Source: Candidatus Micrarchaeia archaeon (GTDB lineage Archaea; Micrarchaeota; Micrarchaeia; Anstonellales; Anstonellaceae). From it: a stretch of 64,000 nt of DNA. A program made the translations under genes and the position numbers. This document shows, piece after piece, positions 33,026 through 44,387 of this stretch. Numbering within the stretch: position 1 is the stretch's first letter; each line of letters begins with the position of its first letter. Location of the stretch: assembly GCA_041663445.1 (NCBI GenBank), contig JBAYMR010000008.1, positions 662 through 64,661 of the forward strand, given 5' to 3'. A model generated the notes under the pieces. The model was given only the letters and a program-made list of their open reading frames with translations. It had not been told where the DNA came from and ran no database searches.

Positions 33026-33262
33026 TCTCCCACCTCGATATCCACTAGCATCGCTGATAGTTAGATTTTAAAAAGTTGTTATCCCGTTATTAATAGAAGA
33101 GTTTATAAACTTTTCTAGGGCTCAGAGGGAAAAAACTAGCGCGAAAGCAGGTAAACCACTGCAACCACGGCGATTATCATCACGCCTGCAAATATCAGCC
33201 TGTCAACCATGCATGGGTAATGGATTTCTCTTTTTATAAAGCTTTCATGCCCAATCACAAGC

Positions 33263-34426
33263 ATGAAGGTCGCCTTCGTAACAGACACACATTTCGGCTA
33301 CCGCCGCTTTGAAACGGACGCGCACAATCAGGGCAGGGAAGCCATCCTTTCAGCCGCGCGCGAGGCAGACCTCCTCATACTTGGCGGGGACAACTTCGAC
33401 ACGCCGCTGCCCCGCATGGAAACCCTCGCCGACGTGACCACCATCCTCTGCGAGGCGCTTGCCATCTTCCATTCGCGCGGCATCGAAGGCGTGCCGATAT
33501 ACGCAATCCATGGCAACCACGACAGGCGCGCCAAGGGGTTTGTGCACCCGACCGGGCTTTTGGCGCAGGCCGGGCTTCTGCAGAACTTCCACAACCACAC
33601 CATCCTGCACAGGCACGGCGGCGAGCAGGCCGCCATCTCCGGCATGGGCAGCGTGCCCGAGGACATGGCGCGCGCAGCGCTTCCGCAGGCAGCCTGCAAG
33701 CCGGTGCAAGGCGCATTCAACATCTTCGCGGTGCACCAGTCCTTCCAGGAATTCGACGTCTCAGGCAACGACTCTTTCATAACGTTTGACGACCTTCCGG
33801 GCGGCTATGACCTTTACCTCTGCGGGCACGTGCACCAGCCCTGCCTGTCAGGCAAGGTGCTGAACCCCGGGAGCACCGTGGTGACCCAGATGCGCAAGGA
33901 CGAGGTTGGCCCGCGCGGCTGGCTCCTTTACGACACCCGTTCGCGCAAGGCGGAATTCCGCCCAATCTCCTCCCGCCAGCTTTTCCATTCCATCCTTGCA
34001 TTCGACGCCGCAAAGCCCGACGAAATAAGGGCGAAGGTCGGGGCCGAAGCCTCGCGCCTCCTTTCATCCGCGCCCGCAGGCGCGCCCGCCCCGCTCATAA
34101 AAATCGTGGTGAAGGGCACGCTTGCACAGGGCTTCGGCGCTGCCGACCTTTCCCTGCCGCATTTTGGCGAAAACGTCTTCATTGACAACGGCATGAACTC
34201 GGAGAACCTGAAGGAGAGAATCGCGCAAATCAAGCTCTCGCGCGAGAAAAAGCTCTCCGCGCGGCAGCAGGGCATGGAAATACTCAGGCGCAAGCTGGAA
34301 GACGCGCATTTCACGCTCGGCGACCCCGAGCAGGTTTTCGAGATGCTCCTTGAGGGGAACGGGAAGCTCCTTGCAGAGATAAAGGAAAAGATAGAAAAAG
34401 AGGGGGGCGCGCCTGCAAAAGGCTAG
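33263..34426 (+). CDS. mre11: Mre11/SbcD-type DNA repair metallophosphoesterase
   Basis: VTDTHFG, GGDNFD, HGNHD and GHVH phosphoesterase motifs in the right order. No rad50 gene is adjacent. Confidence 0.8.
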   Translation: MKVAFVTDTHFGYRRFETDAHNQGREAILSAAREADLLILGGDNFDTPLPRMETLADVTTILCEALAIFHSRGIEGVPIYAIHGNHDRRAKGFVHPTGLLAQAGLLQNFHNHTILHRHGGEQAAISGMGSVPEDMARAALPQAACKPVQGAFNIFAVHQSFQEFDVSGNDSFITFDDLPGGYDLYLCGHVHQPCLSGKVLNPGSTVVTQMRKDEVGPRGWLLYDTRSRKAEFRPISSRQLFHSILAFDAAKPDEIRAKVGAEASRLLSSAPAGAPAPLIKIVVKGTLAQGFGAADLSLPHFGENVFIDNGMNSENLKERIAQIKLSREKKLSARQQGMEILRRKLEDAHFTLGDPEQVFEMLLEGNGKLLAEIKEKIEKEGGAPAKG

Positions 34427-34474
34427 AACTCCGCCCAAAAAAGTCAAGGCTGCTCTGGAAAAAGACCGGGCTGA

Positions 34475-35734
34475 CTAGAATTCCACCCTGTCGCAGCGCA
34501 TGTAGTCGCGCAGCGCCTTGGGCACTTCAAAGCCGTTCTCGTCCTGGTAATTTTCCATGATGGCAATCATCGTCCTGCCCACTGCAAGCCCGCTGCCGTT
34601 CAGCGTGTGCACGAACTCCGGCTTTCCCGCGCGCCTGAAGCGTATGTTCGCGCGCCTTGCCTGGAAGTCCGTGCAGTTCGAGCATGACGAAATCTCGCGG
34701 TACTTGTCCTGCGAGGGCAGCCATACCTCGATGTCATAGGTTTTCGCAGCCGAAAAGCCAAGGTCGCCGGTGCAAAGCTCAATCACGCGATATGGAAGGT
34801 CAAGCTTCTGGAGCACCGACTCCGCATCCTTTGCGAGCTTCTCCAGCTCGTGGAACGACTCTTCGGGCTTGGTGAATTTCACAAGCTCCACCTTGTCGAA
34901 CTGGTGCTGGCGCATTATGCCCTTGATGTCCTTCTGGTACGAGCCTGCCTCGCGCCTGAAGCACGTGGAATACGCGCAGAAGCCCATCGGGAGCTGCTCC
35001 TCGGCCAATATCTCCCCGGAGAACATGTTCGTGACCGGCACTTCCGCGGTTGGTATCATGTACAGGTCCTCTTCCTCTATCTTGTACTGCTCCACCGCGA
35101 ATTTCGGGAACTGCCCCGTGCCGACCATCGCCTTCCTGTTCACCATGAACGGCGGCAGCACTTCGGTGTATCCGTTCATCACCTGGAGGTCCAGCATGAA
35201 ATTTATGAGCGAGCGCTCAAGCCGCGCTGCAAGCCCCTTGAGGAAAACAAAGCGGTGCCCCGACAGCTTCGCGCCCCTCTCGAAATCAATCAGCCTCTTG
35301 TCCGCGACCTCGTAGTGGGGCTTGGCGTCCTTGCTTGTGGGCCTTGGCATGCCCCACTTGCGCACTTCCGGGTTGCTTGCCTCGTCCTTGCCAACCGGCA
35401 CGCTCTTGTCGGGGATGTTTGCAACGGTAAGGAGTATCTCGTTCATCTGCGCCTCGAGCGCATTTGCCTTCTCATCGGCTGCGGAAATGTCTGCTGCGAG
35501 CTTTTTCGTGGTGGCGAGTATCGCATCCGCGCTTTCCCCCTTTTTCTTCGCCTCTGAAATCTTCATGGACGCGGCGTTCCTCTCTGCCTTCAGGTTGTCC
35601 GCCTCGTTCTTCACCACGCGCCATTTCCTGTCAAGCTCCATGAGCGCTGATGCCGGCGCAGTGTCTGCCTGCCGTTTCCTGAGCGAGTCCTCCAGGATTG
35701 ACGGGTTTTCACGGATAAGTTTCAACGAAAGCAT
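34475..35734 (-). CDS. serS: Seryl-tRNA synthetase
   Basis: N-terminal coiled-coil arm [11 protein letters not shown]... and a class II core ([16 protein letters not shown]); 419 aa. Confidence 0.95.
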   Translation of the reverse strand: MLSLKLIRENPSILEDSLRKRQADTAPASALMELDRKWRVVKNEADNLKAERNAASMKISEAKKKGESADAILATTKKLAADISAADEKANALEAQMNEILLTVANIPDKSVPVGKDEASNPEVRKWGMPRPTSKDAKPHYEVADKRLIDFERGAKLSGHRFVFLKGLAARLERSLINFMLDLQVMNGYTEVLPPFMVNRKAMVGTGQFPKFAVEQYKIEEEDLYMIPTAEVPVTNMFSGEILAEEQLPMGFCAYSTCFRREAGSYQKDIKGIMRQHQFDKVELVKFTKPEESFHELEKLAKDAESVLQKLDLPYRVIELCTGDLGFSAAKTYDIEVWLPSQDKYREISSCSNCTDFQARRANIRFRRAGKPEFVHTLNGSGLAVGRTMIAIMENYQDENGFEVPKALRDYMRCDRVEF

Positions 35735-36619
35735 TCAGCCCAGCTCCTCGCGAAGCCTCGCGACCAGTTCAGTCCCAATCCTCGCCTGCGCCTCCTTTGT
35801 GCTGCCCGCCATGTGCGGCGTGAGCAGGGCGTTTGGCAGCTCGCACAGCTTGCCGCCGTACGGCTCCTGCGGATAGACGTCGAGCGCAGCGCCGCCGATT
35901 CGCCCTTCCTTCAGCGCGTTGTAAAGCGCGTCCTCGTCAATAAGGCCGCCGCGCGCGGTGTTCACAATCACCGCCGTCCTCTTCATCTTCGCGATGTTTG
36001 CCTCGCCTATCATGCCCTTTGTCTCGGGCGTGAGCGGCACATGGAGCGAGATGTAATCCGAGTTTGCGAACAGCTCGTCAAGGGACACTTTCCTGCCCAG
36101 GGTGGACGCCTTGTTGTGCGGGTCGAAATAAACCACCCTCATGCCCAGCGCCTGCGCCTTGATTGCAAGCGAGGCGCCAATCCTTCCCAATCCGACGATG
36201 CCCAGCGTCTTGTCCATGATTTCCGTGCCGGTAAGCTCCTTTTTCAGCCACTGCTTCGACTTCATGCTGGCATCCGCCTTCGGAAGCCTGCGGCAAATGG
36301 CAAACATCATGGCGAGCGCAAGCTCAGCAACGGAATTGGTGGATGCGCCCGGCGTGTTCACCACCTTTACGCCGCGCTTTTTGCACGCCTCCTGGTCCAC
36401 GTTGTCCAGCCCCACCCCTGCGCGCGCAACCAATTTGAGATTGGGCGCGTGCGTGAGAAGCTCCTCCGTGACTTTTGTCGCGCTCCTTACGATGAGCGCA
36501 TCTGCGCCTGAAAGCGCGCCTTTCAGGTCAGCCGGGGACACTGATGTCTCCCCAAGCTTTGAAATCGCCGCGACCACGTCGGGCTCCATTGCATCAGCAA
36601 TCACGATTTTCACGGGCAA
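35735..36619 (-). CDS. D-isomer-specific 2-hydroxyacid dehydrogenase, probably a short 3-phosphoglycerate dehydrogenase
   Basis: GIVGLGRIGASLA NAD-binding site and the ARGGLIDE..HMAGST catalytic region. TTG start at 36619 or GTG at 36613, preceded by GGAGGT. Contiguous with serS. Confidence 0.8.
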   Translation of the reverse strand: MPVKIVIADAMEPDVVAAISKLGETSVSPADLKGALSGADALIVRSATKVTEELLTHAPNLKLVARAGVGLDNVDQEACKKRGVKVVNTPGASTNSVAELALAMMFAICRRLPKADASMKSKQWLKKELTGTEIMDKTLGIVGLGRIGASLAIKAQALGMRVVYFDPHNKASTLGRKVSLDELFANSDYISLHVPLTPETKGMIGEANIAKMKRTAVIVNTARGGLIDEDALYNALKEGRIGGAALDVYPQEPYGGKLCELPNALLTPHMAGSTKEAQARIGTELVARLREELG

Positions 36620-36658
36620 CTACCTCCATTTTTTCATTGTATATGTAAATCCTATCGG

Positions 36659-36787
36659 CATCGAGCCGCGGCTCGATGTCTGATGCATTTTGCTTCGCAA
36701 AATGCACATCGGATTTCCATATGCGGACAAAGTCTGTCCGCAGACTTTGTCCTCTGCGGGCGAAAAGGCAGAAGGGCGCAGCCCTTC
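36659..36787. repeat. Four consecutive perfect hairpins/palindromes in the spacer between the aminotransferase gene and the serA-like gene
   Basis: CATCGAGCCG/CGGCTCGATG (36659-36678, a 20-bp palindrome). TGCATTTTGC-TTC-GCAAAATGCA (36684-36706). GGACAAAGTCTG-TCCG-CAGACTTTGTCC (36725-36752). GAAGGGC-GCA-GCCCTTC (36771-36787). Confidence 0.9.
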
Positions 36788-36820
36788 CGGATTTTCATCT
36801 TATCCCGATATTCACTTGCT

Positions 36821-37912
36821 TCACTTGCCAAGCTCCTTCCTTATCGCGGCAAAAGCATAATCCAGGTGCGCGTCGTCAAAATTGCCGAGGTGGCAAATCC
36901 TGAAGAACTTGCCCTTCAGGTCGCCGAAATCGCGCGCAGTGACAAGGTCGTACTTCTCGCGCAGGCGCTTCCTGAAGCCGTCCGCGTCGTCCATGACAAA
37001 GCCAGTGATGGACGGCGAGTAAAAGCCAGGCTCGGCAAAAACGGCAAAGCCAATGCTTTCCACAAACTTCCTTGACTTTGCGGCTGCAGCGGCGTGCTTC
37101 GCCCTGTGCGCGTCAAACCCGCCCTGCTCGTTTATGTATTCAATCGCCGCCTTCACGGAATAAAGCACCGACACCGCCGGCGTGGTGGGCGTCTGGAAGC
37201 CGTCCATCTCTTTCTTGAATTTCTTCATGTCGAGGTAGAAGCTGCGCGCAGGAATCCCTTCCGCGCGCTTCATCGCCTCGTCCGTGCAGGCCACGATTGC
37301 AACGCCCGGCGCCGCGCCAATTGCCTTCTGCGACGCCGTCGCCGTGAAATCCACGCCGAAATCCTTGATGTCAAGCGGGGCGGACGCCCATGCCGAGACC
37401 GCGTCCAGTATCGTCACCATGCCCTTGCTTTTTGCGTACCTGCAAATCGCGCGCGCGTCGTTGAGCACGCCCGTGCTCGTTTCATTATAGACCATGCCGA
37501 ACACCTGCGCGCCCGAGTTGTCTATGAATGCTTTCGCCCGCTCAAGGCTCCATCCCTTGCCCAGCGGCAGCTTTTCCACCTGGGTGTTGGGGCAGTAGAT
37601 TTTTGCGCACGCGGCGAGCTTGTCGCCGAACGTCCCGTTTGCCAGGACGAGCGCCTTGTCGGTTGGCTTTGTGAGGCAAGCCCATCCCATCTCAAGGCCC
37701 GCCGTGCCGGAGCCGGTCACCAGGAAAATGTGGTCCGCGTTGAAGTCCTTTTTCATTGCGGAGACTATGCCCTCTACGAGCACCTTGATTTCAGGCCCGC
37801 GGTGGTATATCATTTCCTTGCTCTGGGCAAGGCGTATCGGGTCTGCAAGCGCCACGGGCCCGGGCGTAAGCATGTGCATTTTAGCGTCGGTCATAAAAAT
37901 CATCCTCTCCAT
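36821..37912 (-). CDS. Class V aminotransferase (serine-glyoxylate / phosphoserine aminotransferase type)
   Basis: 363 aa. MLTPGPV start, SGTAG, an ILDAVS region, TATASQKAIGAAPG with the PLP Lys, and FRICHLG near the C-terminus. Confidence 0.85.
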   Translation of the reverse strand: MERMIFMTDAKMHMLTPGPVALADPIRLAQSKEMIYHRGPEIKVLVEGIVSAMKKDFNADHIFLVTGSGTAGLEMGWACLTKPTDKALVLANGTFGDKLAACAKIYCPNTQVEKLPLGKGWSLERAKAFIDNSGAQVFGMVYNETSTGVLNDARAICRYAKSKGMVTILDAVSAWASAPLDIKDFGVDFTATASQKAIGAAPGVAIVACTDEAMKRAEGIPARSFYLDMKKFKKEMDGFQTPTTPAVSVLYSVKAAIEYINEQGGFDAHRAKHAAAAAKSRKFVESIGFAVFAEPGFYSPSITGFVMDDADGFRKRLREKYDLVTARDFGDLKGKFFRICHLGNFDDAHLDYAFAAIRKELGK

Positions 37913-38015
37913 GCCGAATTAGGGAGAATAGAATTATAAAAAGAAGGGGGCAAAAAGCAGAATGGACGCAAAATATTATATATACGACCATTGTATATCT
38001 ACACAGGTGATTCCG

Positions 38016-38261
38016 ATGAAGTCAACCATGCTGCAATACGATGATTTTGTCTCTGAAGCAGTCGAGCGCCTTCTTCAGAAAGGAATATTCAAATCCAAGG
38101 CGGATATCTTCCGCGTCGGGGCAGTGGAACTTGCCGCAAAGTACGGCGCGGTGAAAACCAAGGAAGAAGTAATTGAAGAGATGATGTTCAAGGATGCCGA
38201 GTCGGAATATCGCAAGGTCAAGGCAGGCAAGGCGCGTTTATACAAAAGCAGTGAAATCTAA
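38016..38261 (+). CDS. Putative antitoxin of RelE/ParE module 1
   Basis: 81 aa directly upstream (8 nt) of a RelE/ParE-like gene. Its N-terminal half, YDDFVSEAVERLLQKGIFKSKADIFRVGAVELAAKYG, is paralogous to the 48644 antitoxin (FQGYLSDIVDEAISRGIVQTKTEALRAGLLELADKYN). AGGTGA lies 6 nt before the ATG. Confidence 0.6.
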   Translation: MKSTMLQYDDFVSEAVERLLQKGIFKSKADIFRVGAVELAAKYGAVKTKEEVIEEMMFKDAESEYRKVKAGKARLYKSSEI

Positions 38262-38269
38262 GTGAGTGG

Positions 38270-38551
38270 ATGGTTGTCGATGCTGGCAAGTACAAAGTTC
38301 TGTATTCTGAAAAGGCAGCAACAGCACTCAAGAAAATGGACAAGGCAGTGTCAGACATGATAAAAAAGAAGGCGGATGCGATGGCAATCCGCGCACCCAC
38401 TCGCTCATTGAAAGAGCATCCCGACATCCTGGTTCTCGAGATTGGGCAATACCGCGCGCTTTACACGATGGACATGAGAAAGAAAACAAAAACAGTTTTT
38501 TTTGTCGGGGACCACAAGGAATACGAGAGACTTTACGGAGTAATGTTCTGA
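38270..38551 (+). CDS. RelE/ParE-superfamily toxin (module 1)
   Basis: 93 aa: ...VLEIGQYRALYTMDMRKKTKTVFFVGDHKEYERLY. This has the typical RelE/ParE size and C-terminal pattern. Confidence 0.7.
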   Translation: MVVDAGKYKVLYSEKAATALKKMDKAVSDMIKKKADAMAIRAPTRSLKEHPDILVLEIGQYRALYTMDMRKKTKTVFFVGDHKEYERLYGVMF

Positions 38552-38641
38552 CGCTGTTCTGCATGGCGATTTGCCGCTGTCTGGCGATGCATCTGCCGCG
38601 CGCCACCATGCTTTAAAATCGGAGCGGCGCGAAACATCTAC

Positions 38642-40723
<2,082 letters not shown>

Positions 40724-40775
40724 ATAATGGGCATTCACATTTGAGTGCGATTGGCGTTGAAAGGGGGCAGAAAAA

Positions 40776-41987
40776 GTGAAAAATCTACCGAGGAAAAAAC
40801 TTGCATATGTTGCACATTACTATCCGTATATCGGTGGTTATGGGAATAGGGTCATTAGCCAGTTAAAATTCCTAAGCAAGTATTTTGACATATATTTCTA
40901 CTACTTCTTGAAAAAGAACGGCGATTGCATTGAAATCAGCCATCTGGTAAAACAAGAACGATGCGTTTCAGGGTTGACCGTTTCCCGTTCCTCGTCTGAA
41001 ATGGCGGATTTGCCCGGAACCATACGCACGCTGGGTGCAAACCGATTTTTTGAATGCATGCAAAACACGCTGTTTAAGGGAATGCCGTTTTCCATATCTG
41101 TATTTTATTCTGAAAAAGCAAAAAAAGCGCTTGAGGAAGAAATAAAACATGCCGAGGTTGACAATATCTGGGCTTATTGGGCCGCTGCAGGCGCACTTTG
41201 CGCAGATATTCCTGCCAAAAAGAAGGTTCTCGACTATTGCGATTCGGGTTATTCACTGTTTTCGTCCTTTGAGAATGAAGAGTCGCGCCCTATCCATAAA
41301 TTATTATTCGCACTTGAGAAAACGCTCTACAGGGGCTTTGAACGCAGACTTTCGAAATCCTTTGCGCGCGTAGCATATATTAGCGAATCGGACCTTAAAA
41401 CGAGCGGCATACAATGTCACGGCGCCATCGTTCTTCCAAACATAAGGGCAGTCAATGCATTCCCAACCGCCAAAAAGAAGGGCGGCCTGATAATGAGCGG
41501 GCGATGGGATTATTATCCGAACAAATTAGCGCTTGAATTTGCAAAGCGGGATATTTTTCCTCTTTTGAAAGGCATTTCCATCACAGTTCTTGGGGCGGGA
41601 AATTGCGGCAAAATAGGCGGTGCCAAATATTTAGGAACTGTGCGCCATTATAGCCATGCAATTGCAAACGCAAAGGTGTTCTTGGCCCCTATAAAATGTG
41701 GCGCAGGCATCCAGAACAAGGTGCTGGACGCATTGGAAGCTGGCGTGCCGGTTGTAACGTCCAATTTTGTAAAACAAGAAATAGACCCTGCGGCTGAGTG
41801 TGCAGCAATAATACCATGTGAAACTCCCGAAGAATACGCGGAAAAAATCATCCAACTTATGGGTGATAGCGGCAAGGCAGCTGCGCTTGGAAAGATTGCA
41901 ATGGCATTTTACACAAAAAAATACGCCCATGCTGAAAAATCATATATAATGTCGTTGAAATGGTTTGTTGGAGATGGGGCGAAATGA
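40776..41987 (+). CDS. Glycosyltransferase, GT-B fold (GT4-like)
   Basis: 403 aa. C-terminal half has the nucleotide-sugar binding look (FLAPIKCGAGIQNKVLDALEAGVPVV). GTG start. AT-rich. Confidence 0.7.
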   Translation: MKNLPRKKLAYVAHYYPYIGGYGNRVISQLKFLSKYFDIYFYYFLKKNGDCIEISHLVKQERCVSGLTVSRSSSEMADLPGTIRTLGANRFFECMQNTLFKGMPFSISVFYSEKAKKALEEEIKHAEVDNIWAYWAAAGALCADIPAKKKVLDYCDSGYSLFSSFENEESRPIHKLLFALEKTLYRGFERRLSKSFARVAYISESDLKTSGIQCHGAIVLPNIRAVNAFPTAKKKGGLIMSGRWDYYPNKLALEFAKRDIFPLLKGISITVLGAGNCGKIGGAKYLGTVRHYSHAIANAKVFLAPIKCGAGIQNKVLDALEAGVPVVTSNFVKQEIDPAAECAAIIPCETPEEYAEKIIQLMGDSGKAAALGKIAMAFYTKKYAHAEKSYIMSLKWFVGDGAK

Positions 41988-43141
41988 GAATACTGATTGC
42001 CACAAACAGGTTTCACCCTGCGATAGGAGGGGTTGAGACATACACATATCTGGTCGGAACTAGGCTTGCCGGGCAAGGGCATGCCGTGTCCGTTTATTGC
42101 TCTGATTATGCTGAAACATCCAGCAACAGGAAGTTGAATGCGTTTGCAACCAATGAAAACGGGATTGTTGTTTCGCGCCTGCGCTCATTTAGGATATTTT
42201 CTATTGATGCACTGACAATTATCCCTGCGCTTCCATTCAGGATGTTCTTAAAGCCTGATTTTGACGCGGTCTTTGTGAATGGTTATGGGTATTTTGTTTC
42301 TTATTGTGCAATCGTGGCCGCAAAGCTGGGAGGCAAACCTGTGCTTTTCACACCGCATTATTCCGAAGAAACAACGCATCCCGCATTTGTAAAAAAGATT
42401 TTTGACCTGTCTTTTGGAAGGGTTTCGTTTGGTCTGGCGGACAAAATAATTTGCCTCACCAGAACTGAAAAGAAAAAGGTATCCGCAACTTTTAGGGTGC
42501 CGCTTGACAAGATAACTATACTGCCTAATGGGATTGAAGTGGAAAAATACTTCCATCCTGCCCTTGGAAAAAAAGCGGTCAAAAAATATCGCCTTGGAAC
42601 TGGAAAAAAAATACTTTTTGTTGGCAGGCTGGCAAAAAACAAAGGGCTAGAATACCTTTTGCGCGCATTTCCAACGGTGCTTCTGGAATATCCTGATGCC
42701 CGTCTGTTGATAGTGGGCGAAGATAATGGCCAGCTTGCGTTTCTCAATCGCCTTGCCCGTGAATTGCGCATAGATAAGAACACAAAGTTCCTTGGAAAAC
42801 TAATGGACGACGACTTTTATGGCATTTTTAACTGCGCAGATGTTTTTGCTCTGCCATCTTTTGCGGGTGAAGCGTTCGGGATAGTGCTTCTGGAAGCGAT
42901 GGCATCTGGCTTGCCCGTCGTTGCAAGCAACGTGGGCGGAGTGAGGTGTCTCATCAAAAAACAGAACGGGGCTGTTATACCTCCAAAAGATAGCCGGGTA
43001 TTGGCAGCTGCTCTTATATCTGCGCTTGCTGCTGGAAAAGAGCGCTATGGCGAAGCAAATATTGCCGAAAGCAGAAAGTATGATGCAGATAAAATCGCAG
43101 GGAAAATAATGGCTGAAATGGAACGGCTTGTACGTCTCTAA
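41984..43141 (+). CDS. Glycosyltransferase family 4
   Basis: MRILIATNRFHPAIGGVETY and the EAFGIVLLEAMASGLPVVASNVGG (E-x7-E) motif. ATGA overlap with the upstream gene. Confidence 0.85.
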   Translation: MRILIATNRFHPAIGGVETYTYLVGTRLAGQGHAVSVYCSDYAETSSNRKLNAFATNENGIVVSRLRSFRIFSIDALTIIPALPFRMFLKPDFDAVFVNGYGYFVSYCAIVAAKLGGKPVLFTPHYSEETTHPAFVKKIFDLSFGRVSFGLADKIICLTRTEKKKVSATFRVPLDKITILPNGIEVEKYFHPALGKKAVKKYRLGTGKKILFVGRLAKNKGLEYLLRAFPTVLLEYPDARLLIVGEDNGQLAFLNRLARELRIDKNTKFLGKLMDDDFYGIFNCADVFALPSFAGEAFGIVLLEAMASGLPVVASNVGGVRCLIKKQNGAVIPPKDSRVLAAALISALAAGKERYGEANIAESRKYDADKIAGKIMAEMERLVRL

Positions 43142-43148
43142 TACTTGC

Positions 43149-44279
43149 TTACATTTTTGCGGTTTCCTTGAATGCCTTTTCCATTTTGTCCAGGAATATC
43201 TTCCATGTATAGTTCTGCTCCACCCGTCTCCTGCCTGCCTTGCCCATACGCTCGCATATGCCTGGATGGTTCGCAAGGAAATGCATCTTTTGCGCCATTT
43301 CATCAGGGCTATTCACAAGGAATCCCGTCTTGCCATCAATAACCGATTCCGTGGGGCCGCCTTCATTTACGCTGATTACCGGTTTTGAGGATGCCATGGC
43401 TTCAATCGGCGTCAACCCCCAGTCCTCGTTGATGGCGCAGAATAAGCCTGCGTAGCAGGTAGAATAGAGGTCGAATAGCTGCGTTTTGCTTGCGTTGGTA
43501 ACAAATTCGACATCTTCATTGGAAATCGAGCGAAGATGATTAAGGTAGTTATTCTCAACGTCATTTTGAACAAAACCCGCGATTACCAGCTTCCAACTCT
43601 TTGGGAGCCCGGCTTTCCTGAATGCAGATATGGCATATTCCATCCTTTTCTCAGGGATAAATCTTGATGGATAGAAGAAGAACTTCTGGAAGTCTTTGCA
43701 TGTGTAGTCTTTTATATCAACACCGGGGTTGATTATTTCAGCATCGTCTCTATGGAGATATTTTCCTATCCTTTTTTTCACAGTGCCTGAGTTTGCGCAT
43801 ATTTTTTCGATTTTTGGAACTGCGCCGCCATCAAGCACTTTGGCCAATCTGACAAAAGCGAGCCGGGGTGCCTTATAATAAACAGGCGTATTTCTTTGGG
43901 TATATCCGCAAAGATCATATGCACCTCTATAAGGGCTGTTGCAACACCAGCATACCCGTTCATTTCTGTACCTAAGCCATTGGCTTGGCGGGCCATGGGC
44001 ATTCAATACGTCATAACTACCTGGGATCTTAAAACACGGGCAAGACAACCAAAACGCGCCGGAGCGAACATTGTTGAGAAACTGCGAGGAAAACTTTGGT
44101 ATGTGTACCCAAATAGGGCGTATGTCGAATTCCTTCAGTTCAGGGAGCATTTTGGACGGATCATAATGAGTTGTATAAATTATCGGATTGAACCGCTCAG
44201 CAATTTTGCGGATTACCTCCTGTCCGCCCCCGCGATAACTGAGTTCCGGTTCACAAATCACAACATCCATCAATAACAC
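43149..44279 (-). CDS. Glycosyltransferase family 4
   Basis: EDWGLTPIEAMASSKPVISVNEGGPTESV motif; 376 aa. Confidence 0.85.
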   Translation of the reverse strand: MLLMDVVICEPELSYRGGGQEVIRKIAERFNPIIYTTHYDPSKMLPELKEFDIRPIWVHIPKFSSQFLNNVRSGAFWLSCPCFKIPGSYDVLNAHGPPSQWLRYRNERVCWCCNSPYRGAYDLCGYTQRNTPVYYKAPRLAFVRLAKVLDGGAVPKIEKICANSGTVKKRIGKYLHRDDAEIINPGVDIKDYTCKDFQKFFFYPSRFIPEKRMEYAISAFRKAGLPKSWKLVIAGFVQNDVENNYLNHLRSISNEDVEFVTNASKTQLFDLYSTCYAGLFCAINEDWGLTPIEAMASSKPVISVNEGGPTESVIDGKTGFLVNSPDEMAQKMHFLANHPGICERMGKAGRRRVEQNYTWKIFLDKMEKAFKETAKM

Positions 44280-44387
44280 CTGGCGCGTTCATCAGATCAA
44301 ATCTTGCAAATATTATGATGTCGGCGCTTTCACCGTATTAGCTGTTGATAAACTAGATGAACCGATACTAAACAACATCGCATTGGA

